Assembly: GCA_963753345.1 (NCBI GenBank)
Contig: CAVWBU010000024.1
Location: forward strand, 64,001-128,000
From: an uncultured Fibrobacterota bacterium
GTDB lineage: Bacteria; Fibrobacterota; Chitinivibrionia; Chitinivibrionales; FEN-1185
DNA: 64,000 bases
Direction: 5' to 3'
Part shown: piece by piece, positions 10,115 through 20,067 of the stretch
How positions within the stretch are numbered: the first letter of the stretch is position 1
Layout: each line of letters opens with the position of its first letter
Position numbers and translations under genes: made by a program
The notes under the pieces: model-generated
Told to the model about the DNA's origin: nothing
Database searches by the model: none
Seen by the model: the letters and a program-made list of their open reading frames with translations, nothing else

Positions 10115-11842
10115 TCAACCGGGCCCGTTGCCGGCTAGAGGTACCCTGTATCGCTCCGAATTGACGGACGGCGCGATTTCCCCGTCGTCAAAGCCGAAGG
10201 AAACCGTACACCGCCCGCGGTCCGGCTTTTCAAGGGGAATCACGGCCTCCACCGTTCTTGCCGCGTGCGCGCCGATGCTGTCGCGGGCCGACAGTTCCTG
10301 CGCAAGGACCGTGCTGTCTTTCCCGGCGTCTTCACGATGAAGAACGCAGACCAGCCGCACGGGCTCTCCATAGCTGTCGCGTGCAAAAGTCAACGGTGTG
10401 CCGCGATGGTTGACGATTTCCAGGGACACGCTCTCCCCGTCCTGCGCCGGGAGCCTGCGGCGCATGGTCTTCAGGGTGATCCGGATGTCCAGGTAGGACG
10501 CAAAATGCCTGATCGACACGTAGTTTATCTCTTTGCCCATCCTCGTGACCAATCGCGTGCAATGCCTGTTCCTGCCGTACTTGACAAGCGTGACATCGCG
10601 TCCCTGGATGCCGTCTTCCGCCCCGCGTATCTCGTATTCCGATTTCTTGTTCCCGCCGGGATAGAGCGCGATCCCCTGCATGCCGGAGTAGAACGAATAC
10701 AGCGGAGCCTCGCGGAGCTGGCTCTCAAACACCACGGGGCTTCCGCCCGCGACGCCGCGGATGTCCTGCGCCCACTGCTCTCGGCCGTGGTAGAAATCGA
10801 CGTTGTTGAAGGTGTTGACGGGAAGGATTGGAAAAGCAAGATAGGTCCTCAGAAAAAGGACGAACAAAAGCGGGGGAACAGACAGCCAATACAGAAGCAT
10901 CTTTCTTCTGCTGCCATAGTATGAACAGCCAAGGATGATGAGGGGCATCAGCGCAATCGACGTCCAATGGAATTGCACATAACCCTTAAGGGTCGCAAGG
11001 CAGAAAAACGCCAGCGTGCCGATTGCGATGAATTTGAGCGCCCGCTCAAAAGCGTCCTTGGTTTTATAAATGAATGGAACGAATACAAGGGCCGGGCCGA
11101 GCACAAGGGGCTGCACCCCGAGAAACTCGGTGAGAAAATCGATCCTAAAGCCGCTCGACCGCCCCACCAGATGATACTTGAACGAGACAAAGTCGTGGGT
11201 GTACTGCCACCAGAGGTGAGGGACAAACATGACAAGGGCGATGCCGGCCGCGAGCATGAACTTCCTGTTACGCAACAACGACAGATTAGACAGGACAACG
11301 AAAAGGATAAGAAGAATCGCATGATACTTGGCGTATAGCATCAGCCCGAGCACGAGTCCCATTGAAACGCCCGACGCATAATCATCCTTTTCAAGGAACC
11401 TCTTGTAGCAATAGAGAAATACCGCCGACAGCGCAACCAGCGGCGTATCCGGGAACACAATGAACGTGAGATAATTGAAGAGCGGCAGTGACAGAATTAT
11501 CAGGTACGGATAGAACTTCCTGTTGATTTTATCGCCGAGCAGCTTCAGGAGAAAAAAAAGCCCGATGCAGACGAGCGCCACATTTACAATCCGGACTCCG
11601 AGCTCGCCCGGAAACAGGCGGCATCCCAGAGCGATACACAGCGGGAGAAGAGGAGGATGATCGTAATATCCCCAATCCGCATGGGACGACAAATACCAAT
11701 AGTAACCTTCATCGCTCGTGAGCGTAGTGAGGGAGGCCTGGACGATGTTCAGAAGGAGATACAGGAGAACAAAAAGAAGCGGCAGCGACTGCGGCGGAAT
11801 TGCTTTGAGCGAAAAACCGGCGGGATTTCTTAACAAGCGCAC
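10115..11842 (-). CDS. GT-C glycosyltransferase (ArnT/PMT-like)
   Basis: DEGYYW..S...WGYYDHPPL, PDTPL, AKY; many transmembrane segments. Confidence 0.85.
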   Translation of the reverse strand: MRLLRNPAGFSLKAIPPQSLPLLFVLLYLLLNIVQASLTTLTSDEGYYWYLSSHADWGYYDHPPLLPLCIALGCRLFPGELGVRIVNVALVCIGLFFLLKLLGDKINRKFYPYLIILSLPLFNYLTFIVFPDTPLVALSAVFLYCYKRFLEKDDYASGVSMGLVLGLMLYAKYHAILLILFVVLSNLSLLRNRKFMLAAGIALVMFVPHLWWQYTHDFVSFKYHLVGRSSGFRIDFLTEFLGVQPLVLGPALVFVPFIYKTKDAFERALKFIAIGTLAFFCLATLKGYVQFHWTSIALMPLIILGCSYYGSRRKMLLYWLSVPPLLFVLFLRTYLAFPILPVNTFNNVDFYHGREQWAQDIRGVAGGSPVVFESQLREAPLYSFYSGMQGIALYPGGNKKSEYEIRGAEDGIQGRDVTLVKYGRNRHCTRLVTRMGKEINYVSIRHFASYLDIRITLKTMRRRLPAQDGESVSLEIVNHRGTPLTFARDSYGEPVRLVCVLHREDAGKDSTVLAQELSARDSIGAHAARTVEAVIPLEKPDRGRCTVSFGFDDGEIAPSVNSERYRVPLAGNGPG

Positions 11843-12063
11843 AAAAAAGCCCTCACGTCGTTTCTCTGCAAGTCAATCGAATATAATTCTTCGCCGCCCG
11901 GATTCTTGTAGGGAAACAGGGCGAAGGACCGTGTCGCGGACCGCTCGCGGCTGTTGAGTGGGCGCGGCCCGCGAGCTATATTCTACCCTTCGTTCATTGC
12001 CAGGGGATTTTTTTTCAATCCCGTACCGGTGCTCATCCACCCTTCACCCAAAAGGACCTCTTC

Positions 12064-12576
12064 ATGACGCAAGCATCCTCCCTCACCGCCTCAATCAAGA
12101 CCGAAAAAGGCGCCATCCGTCTCAATCTGTTTGCCGACAAGGCGCCGCTCACGGTCGCCAACTTCGTGAACCTCGCCAGGCGCGGGTTCTACAACAACCT
12201 TAGATTTCACCGCGTGATTGCCGACTTCATGATCCAGGGCGGGTGCCCCAAGGGCAACGGCACCGGCGGGCCCGGGTACAAGTTCCGGGATGAATTTGTC
12301 AAGGACCTGCGCCACGACAGGCCCGGCGTCCTTTCCATGGCCAATTCCGGACCCAACACCAACGGCAGCCAGTTTTTCATCACGCATGTGCCGACGCCCT
12401 GGCTCGACGACCATCACACCGTGTTCGGCGCGGTGACCGGCGAACAGGACATGGCGGTTGTCAACAGCATCAAGTCGGGAGACAGGATCGATGTGATTGA
12501 GATCGAGGGCAACGCGGAGGGGCTGCTCAAAGAGCAGAGGGAGGATGTGGAGAAGTGGAATAAAAAGCTGGGATAA
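12064..12576 (+). CDS. Cyclophilin-type peptidyl-prolyl isomerase
   Basis: [39 protein letters not shown]. Confidence 0.95.
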   Translation: MTQASSLTASIKTEKGAIRLNLFADKAPLTVANFVNLARRGFYNNLRFHRVIADFMIQGGCPKGNGTGGPGYKFRDEFVKDLRHDRPGVLSMANSGPNTNGSQFFITHVPTPWLDDHHTVFGAVTGEQDMAVVNSIKSGDRIDVIEIEGNAEGLLKEQREDVEKWNKKLG

Positions 12577-12586
12577 GGAAAAAAAC

Positions 12587-12833
12587 TGGGCGTTCCCCCG
12601 CTTCGCGGGGTCGGTTCTCCTTCCAGCTCGGCTGGTCAGCCTCGTTGCCGGTCCGCCCCTAGTCGCGTTCACGCTTCGCGCCCTCCGGGCCGCCTGCGGC
12701 GGTGGTCTCCGCGCCTTCGGCGCTCCGGCTCGGCGAGGGGTCGGCCGGCAATCCCGCATTGGCGGGACTTCCAGTCGCCCCTAACGCGCGGCAACAGAGC
12801 TCTTTTCCGTCAAGTTTCAATAATTGCGCCATC
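12587..12833. repeat. Structured intergenic element, copy 2 (module B only)
   Basis: First 80 nt identical to 14570-14649; contains CCAGTCGCCCCTAACGCGCGGCA; module A absent. Confidence 0.9.
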
Positions 12834-12941
12834 CGGAATTCTCACCAAATAATTCGGAATCACCCCTTCAACACCATCCGTCAACTGTCAACTATATTGA
12901 CTTCGCTCATTGGTGCCTCTTGTCAAGGCCGCATCAACCGG

Positions 12942-14395
12942 TCATTTCATCAACGAAATCATCTTTTCCTGATGTTCCTCGCCCGCTTTGAAGACGACCA
13001 GATATGCGCCTGCGGCAAGCTTGCCCCGTTGCATGCTCAATGAATAATTCCCGGCATCCTGATGCTTGTTGACAAGTTCGGATTGCAATTGGCCATTGAT
13101 ACTATACAGCCGCAGGGAGACATGCCCGGCTTGGGGAATTGAATAGGCGAACTTAACTAATGCGCATTTGCAACTGCTTACCTGCAAACCGGCATGCTTT
13201 GCGGTTGATGACGCTGAGATGGGTTGGGTCACAAGGGAAGGGGAAGTGCTATCGAACTGGGCGAAATAGGCCTGACCAAAACCCTGGCCTTCGCTGGCGA
13301 ACAACCCTCCGGCATATATCGTTGATCCCTTCACGGCGAGTGAATAGACACCGCCAGGTAAGTTCGGTTTCCAAGCTAAGACAGTCCCTGCTGTCCCATC
13401 CAAGGCTGCCATATCGGAGCGGGTCTGCCCGCCAATGCTGTCAAAGAGCCCCCCGCATATATCGTTGTCCCGCTCACAGCGATTGAATTGACAATGCAAT
13501 AACTGGCGGGATAGTAGAAATGCCGAAATGCATTCGGGTTCCAAGCCAATGCATTCCCTGTTGTCGCATCCAATGCAGCAATATAGTTGCGGTTCTGCCC
13601 GCCAATGTTGGTGAAGCGCCCTCCAGCATACACTGTTGTCCCGTTCACGGCGAGTGATTTGACCCAGTAGTCCGCATTTGGGTTCCAGCTCAATACATTA
13701 CCCGTTGTCGCCTCCAAGGCCGCGATATAGTTGCGGGTCTGCGCGCCAATGGTGTTGAAGGCTCCTCCTACGTATATCGTTGTCCCGCTCACCGCGAGTG
13801 AATAGACACCGTCGCTCGCATCCGGGTTCCATGCCAGGGCATTCCCTGTTGTCGCATCCAATGCTCCTATGTTTTTACGGCTCTGGCCGCCAATGCTGTC
13901 GAACAAGCCTCCTACATATACGGTAGTCCCGCTCACGGCAATAGACAAGACATCGCTTATTAAATTGCCGTTCGCATTCGGGTTCCAGCTCGTTGCATTC
14001 CCTGTTGTCACATCCAGTGCGGCGATATGGTTGCGTCTTTGCCCGTCGATGATGGTGAAATCCCCTCCAGCATATACTGTTGTCCCGCTCACAGTGAGTG
14101 TTTGGACACCGCTGTTTGCATTCGGATTCCAGGCCGTGGGTTCCCCCGTTGTCGCATCCAAGGCTGCGATATTGTTGCGAACCACACTGTGAATGGTGTC
14201 GAAGACCCTGTCGAAGACCCCGCCGATACATGGCCCAACCCGAGTAAAATTCCCTCCAATGTAAACTTTGTCCCCGGCGGGCGCAATCGCAGAGACCGGG
14301 CCATTGGTGACCCATGTGTTCTGGTTGCACGTGTCCGACGGCAAGGCCTGCAGGAGCGCTGCGAGGGAAATGATAATAAGAGCCATCTTTTTCAT
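12942..14395 (-). CDS. Secreted beta-propeller-repeat protein with T9SS-like C-terminal domain; frameshift near 13450
   Basis: Repeats R..IAALDATTG....WNPNA...V.SLAVSGTT.Y.GG.F; AAGGAGG RBS before MKKMAL; frame change at a C6 run joins ORFs 13376-14518 and 12942-13544. Confidence 0.75.
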
Positions 14396-14569
14396 AGCGT
14401 CCTCCTTGCAGATGATTTTAGCAAATCGTCGCTTTCCGCATTTGACCATTCCTTCCCTATTCAATAATATACAGTATATACCTTTTTGTCCACGGCAATA
14501 CAACACCCTGCCGAACAAAGCGGTTTCTGCCAGAAAACACCCCTCGCAGCAATGAAGAAGAAAAGAAAT

Positions 14570-14937
14570 TGGGCGTTCCCCCGCTTCGCGGGGTCGGTTC
14601 TCCTTCCAGCTCGGCTGGTCAGCCTCGTTGCCGGTCCGCCCCTAGTCGCCTTCGGCGAGGGGTCGGCCGGCAATGTGCTCCGGCACACTTCCAGTCGCCC
14701 CTAACGCGCGGCAGAGGAAATTTCTTCAGTCAATTGTTATTTCTTGCGCCAGCCGAAATTTTCAAGGAGCAAATCATTGTTTTCTTCTTGAACTTCTCAA
14801 CTACTCTCCGTGGGTGCCCCCACACCAAGGTATGATTCCACAGCTATCTTTTCTTGGGGGCCACCCAGGAAGGGGTAGCGCAGGACACCGCAGGCCGAAG
14901 GCCGAGGAGGCCGGAGCTAGGGGGATACCTCCCCCGC
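14570..14937. repeat. Structured intergenic element, copy 3 (modules B + A)
   Basis: Same conserved blocks and order as copy 1. Confidence 0.9.
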
Positions 14938-15094
14938 AGAGCAGCTTTTCTCCACTTTCTAATTGAAACTCTTACATTGTCAAAATCCCTCCCCATCCAG
15001 CTTTTGACATTCAATAATGTATATTCCTAAGATTGTAGCATCTGCCTCTTATCTGCAAACATGTCGACGTAAAGGTCCCGGGAAAGGGAACCCC

Positions 15095-16405
15095 ATGAAG
15101 GACATAAACATAGGCCTGGTCGGCGCGGGAGTTGTGGGCGGCGGGGTGGTTAAGATGCTGTCCCAGAAGGCGGCCTATTTCCGCGAAAGCCTGGGTCTTC
15201 CGCTTGTCCTTAAGCGGATCGCAGACAAGGCCGCCAACCGCTTCACGGAGCTGCCGGTGGGCACTGCGGTGTGCACCGAAAATGCCGATGATATCCTGAA
15301 CGACAAAGACATTCAGATTGTGATCGAGCTGGTCGGTGGGACCGCCTTTGCACGGTCTCTCATCACCTCGGCGGTCTCGAAGGGCAAGCACGTGATCACC
15401 GCGAACAAGGCGCTTATCGCGGAATGCGGCCCGGAACTTTTCCAGCTTGCCGAAAAGAACAACGTGTCCATACTCTTCGAAGCCGCGGTGGGCGGCGGCA
15501 TGCCCGTGATAAAGACCATCCGCGAGGCCCTGCTTGCCAACGAGATCACCATGGTGAAGACCATCATCAACGGCACCTGCAATTACATCCTTACGCAGAT
15601 GGCCGACAAGGGCCTTCTGTTCGACACCGCGCTCAAGAAGGCGCAGAAGGCCGGCTTTGCCGAGGCCGACCCGACGCTCGACATCGGCGGCGGCGACAGC
15701 GGCCACAAGGTGGCCATCATGGCCTCGCTCATCCACGGCGGGTATGTTCCCCTTAACAAAGTGTACATCGAGGGCATCACCAATATTTCCAAGGAAGACA
15801 TCACCTTTGCCCAGGACCTGGGATACTGCATAAAACTGCTCGGCATCATCCGGAAGACCCAGGGCGACGACCGCGTTGATGTGCGCGTGCACCCGGCGAT
15901 GCTCCATCGCAAGCACATCCTGGCCTCGGTGGGCGACGTGTTCAACGCGGTCCTCCTCGAGGGAAACGCGGTGGGCGCCACGCTCCTGTACGGCCGCGGC
16001 GCGGGCGAACTGCCCACGGCCTCAGCCGTGGTGAGCGACATCGTGGACGTTGCGAGGAACATCTCGTCCGGCGCGCCGAAGCGCATCCCCATGAGCTACT
16101 ACCGTCTTGACAACGAGATAAAAGTGAAGCCCATCGGCGAAGTGGTGTCCCGGTACTACCTGTGCTTCTGGGTGTCCGACAAGCCGAAAGTCCTGGCGTC
16201 CATAGCGGCCGTGCTCGGCAATTATTCCATCTCGATCGCCTCGGTGCTCCAGAAGGAGTCCACCGAGGAAAGCTGTGTGCCCGTCATCTTTCTCACCCAC
16301 AAGGCGGTGGAGAAGAACATGCGCGACGCGCTCAAGGAAATCGAGACCATGGAGTTCATCAAGAAGCCGACGCACGTGATAAGGATAACGGGGCAGACGT
16401 ATTAG
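15095..16405 (+). CDS. hom: Homoserine dehydrogenase with C-terminal ACT domain
   Basis: G.GVVG, HVITANK, FEAAVGGGMP, NGTCNYIL, GFAEADP, GRGAG. Confidence 0.96.
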   Translation: MKDINIGLVGAGVVGGGVVKMLSQKAAYFRESLGLPLVLKRIADKAANRFTELPVGTAVCTENADDILNDKDIQIVIELVGGTAFARSLITSAVSKGKHVITANKALIAECGPELFQLAEKNNVSILFEAAVGGGMPVIKTIREALLANEITMVKTIINGTCNYILTQMADKGLLFDTALKKAQKAGFAEADPTLDIGGGDSGHKVAIMASLIHGGYVPLNKVYIEGITNISKEDITFAQDLGYCIKLLGIIRKTQGDDRVDVRVHPAMLHRKHILASVGDVFNAVLLEGNAVGATLLYGRGAGELPTASAVVSDIVDVARNISSGAPKRIPMSYYRLDNEIKVKPIGEVVSRYYLCFWVSDKPKVLASIAAVLGNYSISIASVLQKESTEESCVPVIFLTHKAVEKNMRDALKEIETMEFIKKPTHVIRITGQTY

Positions 16406-16413
16406 GATTTTTG

Positions 16414-16508
16414 CGCCTCACCCTTTCCCCCCCACCCCCTCTTCCCCTCTCCACTCGTGGAGAGGGGAAGAGGGGGTGGCCGACAGGCCGGGGAGATGAG
16501 GTGAGGCG
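16414..16508. repeat. REP-like palindrome (CCCCTCTCC/GGAGAGGGG type)
   Basis: Perfect 23-bp inverted repeat 16432-16454/16457-16479 inside outer stem CGCCTCACC/GGTGAGGCG; short relative at 7301-7334. Confidence 0.8.
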
Positions 16509-16549
16509 AACGAAAAAGCAAATTTCACTATTAACCAGAATTTGTCATC

Positions 16550-17896
16550 ATGAATAAACCACATCTTCGTCCCTTCGGCAAAAGCGACAAAACCTACCCC
16601 ATCACCGACATCAGATACCGCAGCGACGACGGCCGCACGCTCGAGGTTGACAATTGCATCGCTCCCATGGACGCAAGAAAAGCGTCCGCGCTGCGCGCAC
16701 TGTTTGACACAAGGCTCATGTCGCGCAAGCCCCTTGACAGAAGCGGCGTATGGCGCTACCGGGAGTTTTTGCCCGCGTTCAAACCGTATGGCGGCGTGGT
16801 TACCATGGAAGAAGGCAACACTACGATTTTCGACATGCCGAAATGCGCGGCGTTCTGCGGCATTGATTCTCTTTTTGCAAAGCACCAGGGGCTCAACCCG
16901 ACCGGCTCGTTCAAGGACAACGGCATGACCACCGCTGTCACCATGGCAAAAAAGCTCGGCGCGACCATGGTGGCGTGCGCGTCAACCGGCAACACCTCGG
17001 CCTCCATGGCCGCGTACGCGGCGCGCGCGGGCATGAAGAGCATCGTCTTTATCCCGGACGGCCAGATCGCGTACGGCAAGCTGTCGCAGTCGCTCGACTA
17101 CGGCGCGCTTACCATCCAGATCGCGGGCGATTTCGACAAGGCAATGGAGATCGTGGAAAGCCTGTGCAACCGCGGAAAAATTTATCTGCTCAATTCGATC
17201 AACCCGTTCCGCATCGAGGGACAGAAGACAATCATGATCGAAATGCTCCACCAGCTTTCGTGGAAAGCGCCGGACTGGGTGATTGTTCCGGGAGGGAACC
17301 TGGGCAACTCCAGTTCGTTCGGGAAGGCGTTTGACGAAATGGTGCGGGCGAAGTTCATCAAGAAGGCCCCGAGGATCGCGGTGATCCAGGCGCAGGGCGC
17401 CAACCCGCTGTACAACAGCTTCGTGTCGGGCGACAGAACGCTGCATCCGGTTCACGCCGACACACGGGCGACCGCCATCAAGATAGGAAATCCTGTAAGC
17501 TTCGACAAGGCGGTGTTCGCGGTGGATTCCACCAAAGGCACGGTGGAACAGGTTGACGAACAGGAAATCGCTGCGGCCAAGTCCTTTATCGGCAGGGACG
17601 GCGTGGGGTCCGAGCCCGCCTCGGCCACCACGGTGGCGGGCTGCAGGAAACTTGTCGGAAAGGGAATTGTCGGGAACTCCGACAGCGTGGTGTGCATCCT
17701 CACCGGCCATCTTCTCAAGGACCCGGACTATACCGTTGAATTCCACAGGGACGAACTGTATCTTGACGCGCAGCGAAACACAACATTGTCCGGCACCAAG
17801 CGTATTTCCACCGGCGGGTTGCATAATAAACCGGTGAAGCTTCCCGCGGATGAGAATGAGATTATAAAGTATATAGATTCGTGGGCGAAGAAATAA
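16550..17896 (+). CDS. thrC: Threonine synthase
   Basis: NPTGSFKD, CASTGNTSAS, NSINPFRIEGQKT, PGGNLGN; follows hom. Confidence 0.95.
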   Translation: MNKPHLRPFGKSDKTYPITDIRYRSDDGRTLEVDNCIAPMDARKASALRALFDTRLMSRKPLDRSGVWRYREFLPAFKPYGGVVTMEEGNTTIFDMPKCAAFCGIDSLFAKHQGLNPTGSFKDNGMTTAVTMAKKLGATMVACASTGNTSASMAAYAARAGMKSIVFIPDGQIAYGKLSQSLDYGALTIQIAGDFDKAMEIVESLCNRGKIYLLNSINPFRIEGQKTIMIEMLHQLSWKAPDWVIVPGGNLGNSSSFGKAFDEMVRAKFIKKAPRIAVIQAQGANPLYNSFVSGDRTLHPVHADTRATAIKIGNPVSFDKAVFAVDSTKGTVEQVDEQEIAAAKSFIGRDGVGSEPASATTVAGCRKLVGKGIVGNSDSVVCILTGHLLKDPDYTVEFHRDELYLDAQRNTTLSGTKRISTGGLHNKPVKLPADENEIIKYIDSWAKK

Positions 17897-17910
17897 TAAT
17901 AGTGTTCTTG

Positions 17911-18394
17911 GTGGGGGAAGTGTCCCCCTAGGGTGCGGCTTCCGTCGCCTCCTTGATAAATGCAAAACCAGAAAATCCGGAGGCGACGGCGATCCGCACC
18001 CATACCCCCTCGTGGGTAGCCCCCAAGAAAGCTGATTTGCAAGAAAGAAACATCGGCTGCGGGGGCACCGAGAAAGAGAGTTGAATAGTTGAGAAGTTGA
18101 GGAGTTGAAGAAGATCAAAACAAATTGGTGATCTTTTCTTCGAGAATTCAAGCTGGCGCAGAAAAAGGACGTGGCTGAATATATTTCATCCTGCCGCGCG
18201 TTAGGCAGGACTGGAAAAATGGTCCCGCTGATGCGGGATGCGCCCTGACCGCGGCCGGAGGGCCTTTGTGGCAGGCAGCCCGAGGCCGAAGGCCGACGAC
18301 CCTTGTGACCCTTGGAAATCCCTGGCGAGGGAGAAGCACCCGAAGGGGTGGACCGGAAGGAGGGCCGACCCGAGCGTGGCGAGGGGAACGCCCA
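17911..18394. repeat. Structured intergenic element, copy 4 (inverted relative to copies 1-3)
   Basis: GTGGGGGAAGTGTCCCCC...TACCCCCTC...CTGCCGCGCGTTAGG...ACTGGA...CCGACCC...GGGGAACGCCCA. Confidence 0.9.
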
Positions 18395-18424
18395 TCTCTA
18401 TTTGAAAAGGAAAAAGGATTAACG

Positions 18425-19616
18425 ATGAAATATATAATATTAGTAGGCGACGGCATGGCCGACTTCCCCATCCCCGAGCTTGACAACCGCACACCGCTCG
18501 AATACGCCAGGACCCCGAACATGGACGCAGTGGCGAAGGCGGGCCGCGTGGGGCTCGTAAAAACCGTTCCCGACGGTGTCCCGCCGGGCAGCGACGTGGC
18601 CAACATGTCGCTTATGGGATACGACCCCGTGAAGTACTATTCCGGCCGCGCACCTATCGAGGCGGCGAGCATGGGAATCGCGCTTGACAAAACCGACGTG
18701 GCGTTCCGCTGCAACCTGGTGACGCTCAAGTGCGGGCTCATGGAAGACTATTCCTCGGGCCACATTGAGACGCCGGACGCACACGAAATAATTGCTGCTT
18801 TACAGAAGGAACTCGGCGCTCCGGCCGTGACATTCCATCCCGGCGTGAGCTACCGTCACCTCACCGTGATTTCTCATTTCCCGGATGGCAAGCTCGACTG
18901 CACGCCGCCGCACGATATTTCCGGAAAGGCCTACGGGGAACACCTTCCCTCGGGGTGCGGCCAGGATATTGTCCGGCGCCTCATGGAGGATGCCCGGCCC
19001 GTGCTTGCCTCCTCGCCCGTCAACAAACGGCGCGAAGCGCAGGGAAAAAAGCCCGCCACCGACATCTGGCTGTGGGGCCAGGGAAAGGCCGTGTGTGCTG
19101 CCCACGATGAAGGAACGGTTCGCGATTTCCGGGTCCGTGGTTTCGGCGGTGGACCTTGTGCGCGGCCTTGGCGTGCTGGCGGGACTCAACGTGCGCATCG
19201 TCCCGGGCGCCACCGGCTACCTCGGCACCAACTACGCCGGCAAGGTCGCGGCCGCCCGCGAGGCCCTTGCGAAAGAGGACTTCGCGTTCGTGCACGTGGA
19301 GGCGCCCGACGAGACCTCGCACGAGGGCGACCGCGAAAAGAAACTGCAGGCCATCGAGGAGTTCGACAAAAACGTCGTGGGCGAGGTGCTCAAATTCCGC
19401 GAAACATTCCCCGATCTCCGGATCATGGTGCTCCCGGACCACGCCACGCCCCTGTCGCTCAAAACCCATCACGCCGCGCCGGTTCCGTTTGCCGTGTGCG
19501 GAAAAGGCGTTGATCCGGACGGCAGTCTTGCGTATTGCGAAAAAGCCGCGGTTGGGAAAAAGATGTATACGGGAGTGACGCTGTTTGAGACGTTTATAAA
19601 AGGCAAATTTGAATAA
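18425..19616 (+). CDS. apgM: Cofactor-independent phosphoglycerate mutase, ApgM type (proposed homoserine kinase family); frameshift near 19091
   Basis: GDGMAD, TPLE.ARTPNMD, PPGSDVAN, HVEAPDE.SH.G, LPDHATP; halves joined across a GTGTGTG run. Confidence 0.88.
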
Positions 19617-19634
19617 TAATAATACAATATTTTT

Positions 19635-20040
19635 GTGGGGGAAGTATCCCCCTCGCTCCGGCCGTCTCCGGCGTCCTCCGCTACCCCCTCCTGGGTGACC
19701 CCCAAGTAGGAGTAGTTGCAAGAATCAAGCACCTGTGTGGGGGCACCCACGGAGAGCAGTGAAATAGTTGAGAAGGCGAGACAGTAGAGAAGCTACAAGA
19801 TAAAACGTTGTTTTACTCCCTGGGGAATCCGGCTGGCGCAAAAAGATTGTTCTTGACAGAATGGATTCCTTCTGCCGCGCGTTAGGGGCGACTGGAGGTC
19901 CCGCCATAGCGGGATGCTGCCTGACCACGGCCCGAAGGGCCCTCGTGGCAGGCGGCCCGAGGCCGAAGGCCGAGACCGGAAGAAGAACCGACCCTTTGTA
20001 GAGCCGCATAGCAGTGCGGCTCTACAAAGGGGAACGCCCA
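19635..20040. repeat. Structured intergenic element, copy 5 (same orientation as copy 4)
   Basis: Same blocks; terminal stem carries GTAGAGCCGCA-N6-TGCGGCTCTAC. Confidence 0.9.
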
Positions 20041-20067
20041 CCTAAATGCATAATTGAAGAATTAATT

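Noticed and set aside
7101-20040. The repeated element as integron attC sites
   Set aside because: GTTAGG and CCTAAC resemble core sites, but the order is GTT...AAC rather than AAC...GTT, most flanked genes are housekeeping, and no integrase is in view
7101-20040. The repeated element as a CRISPR array or group II intron
   Set aside because: No regular repeat-spacer period, no cas or RT gene, and no recognisable domain V or GTGCG start
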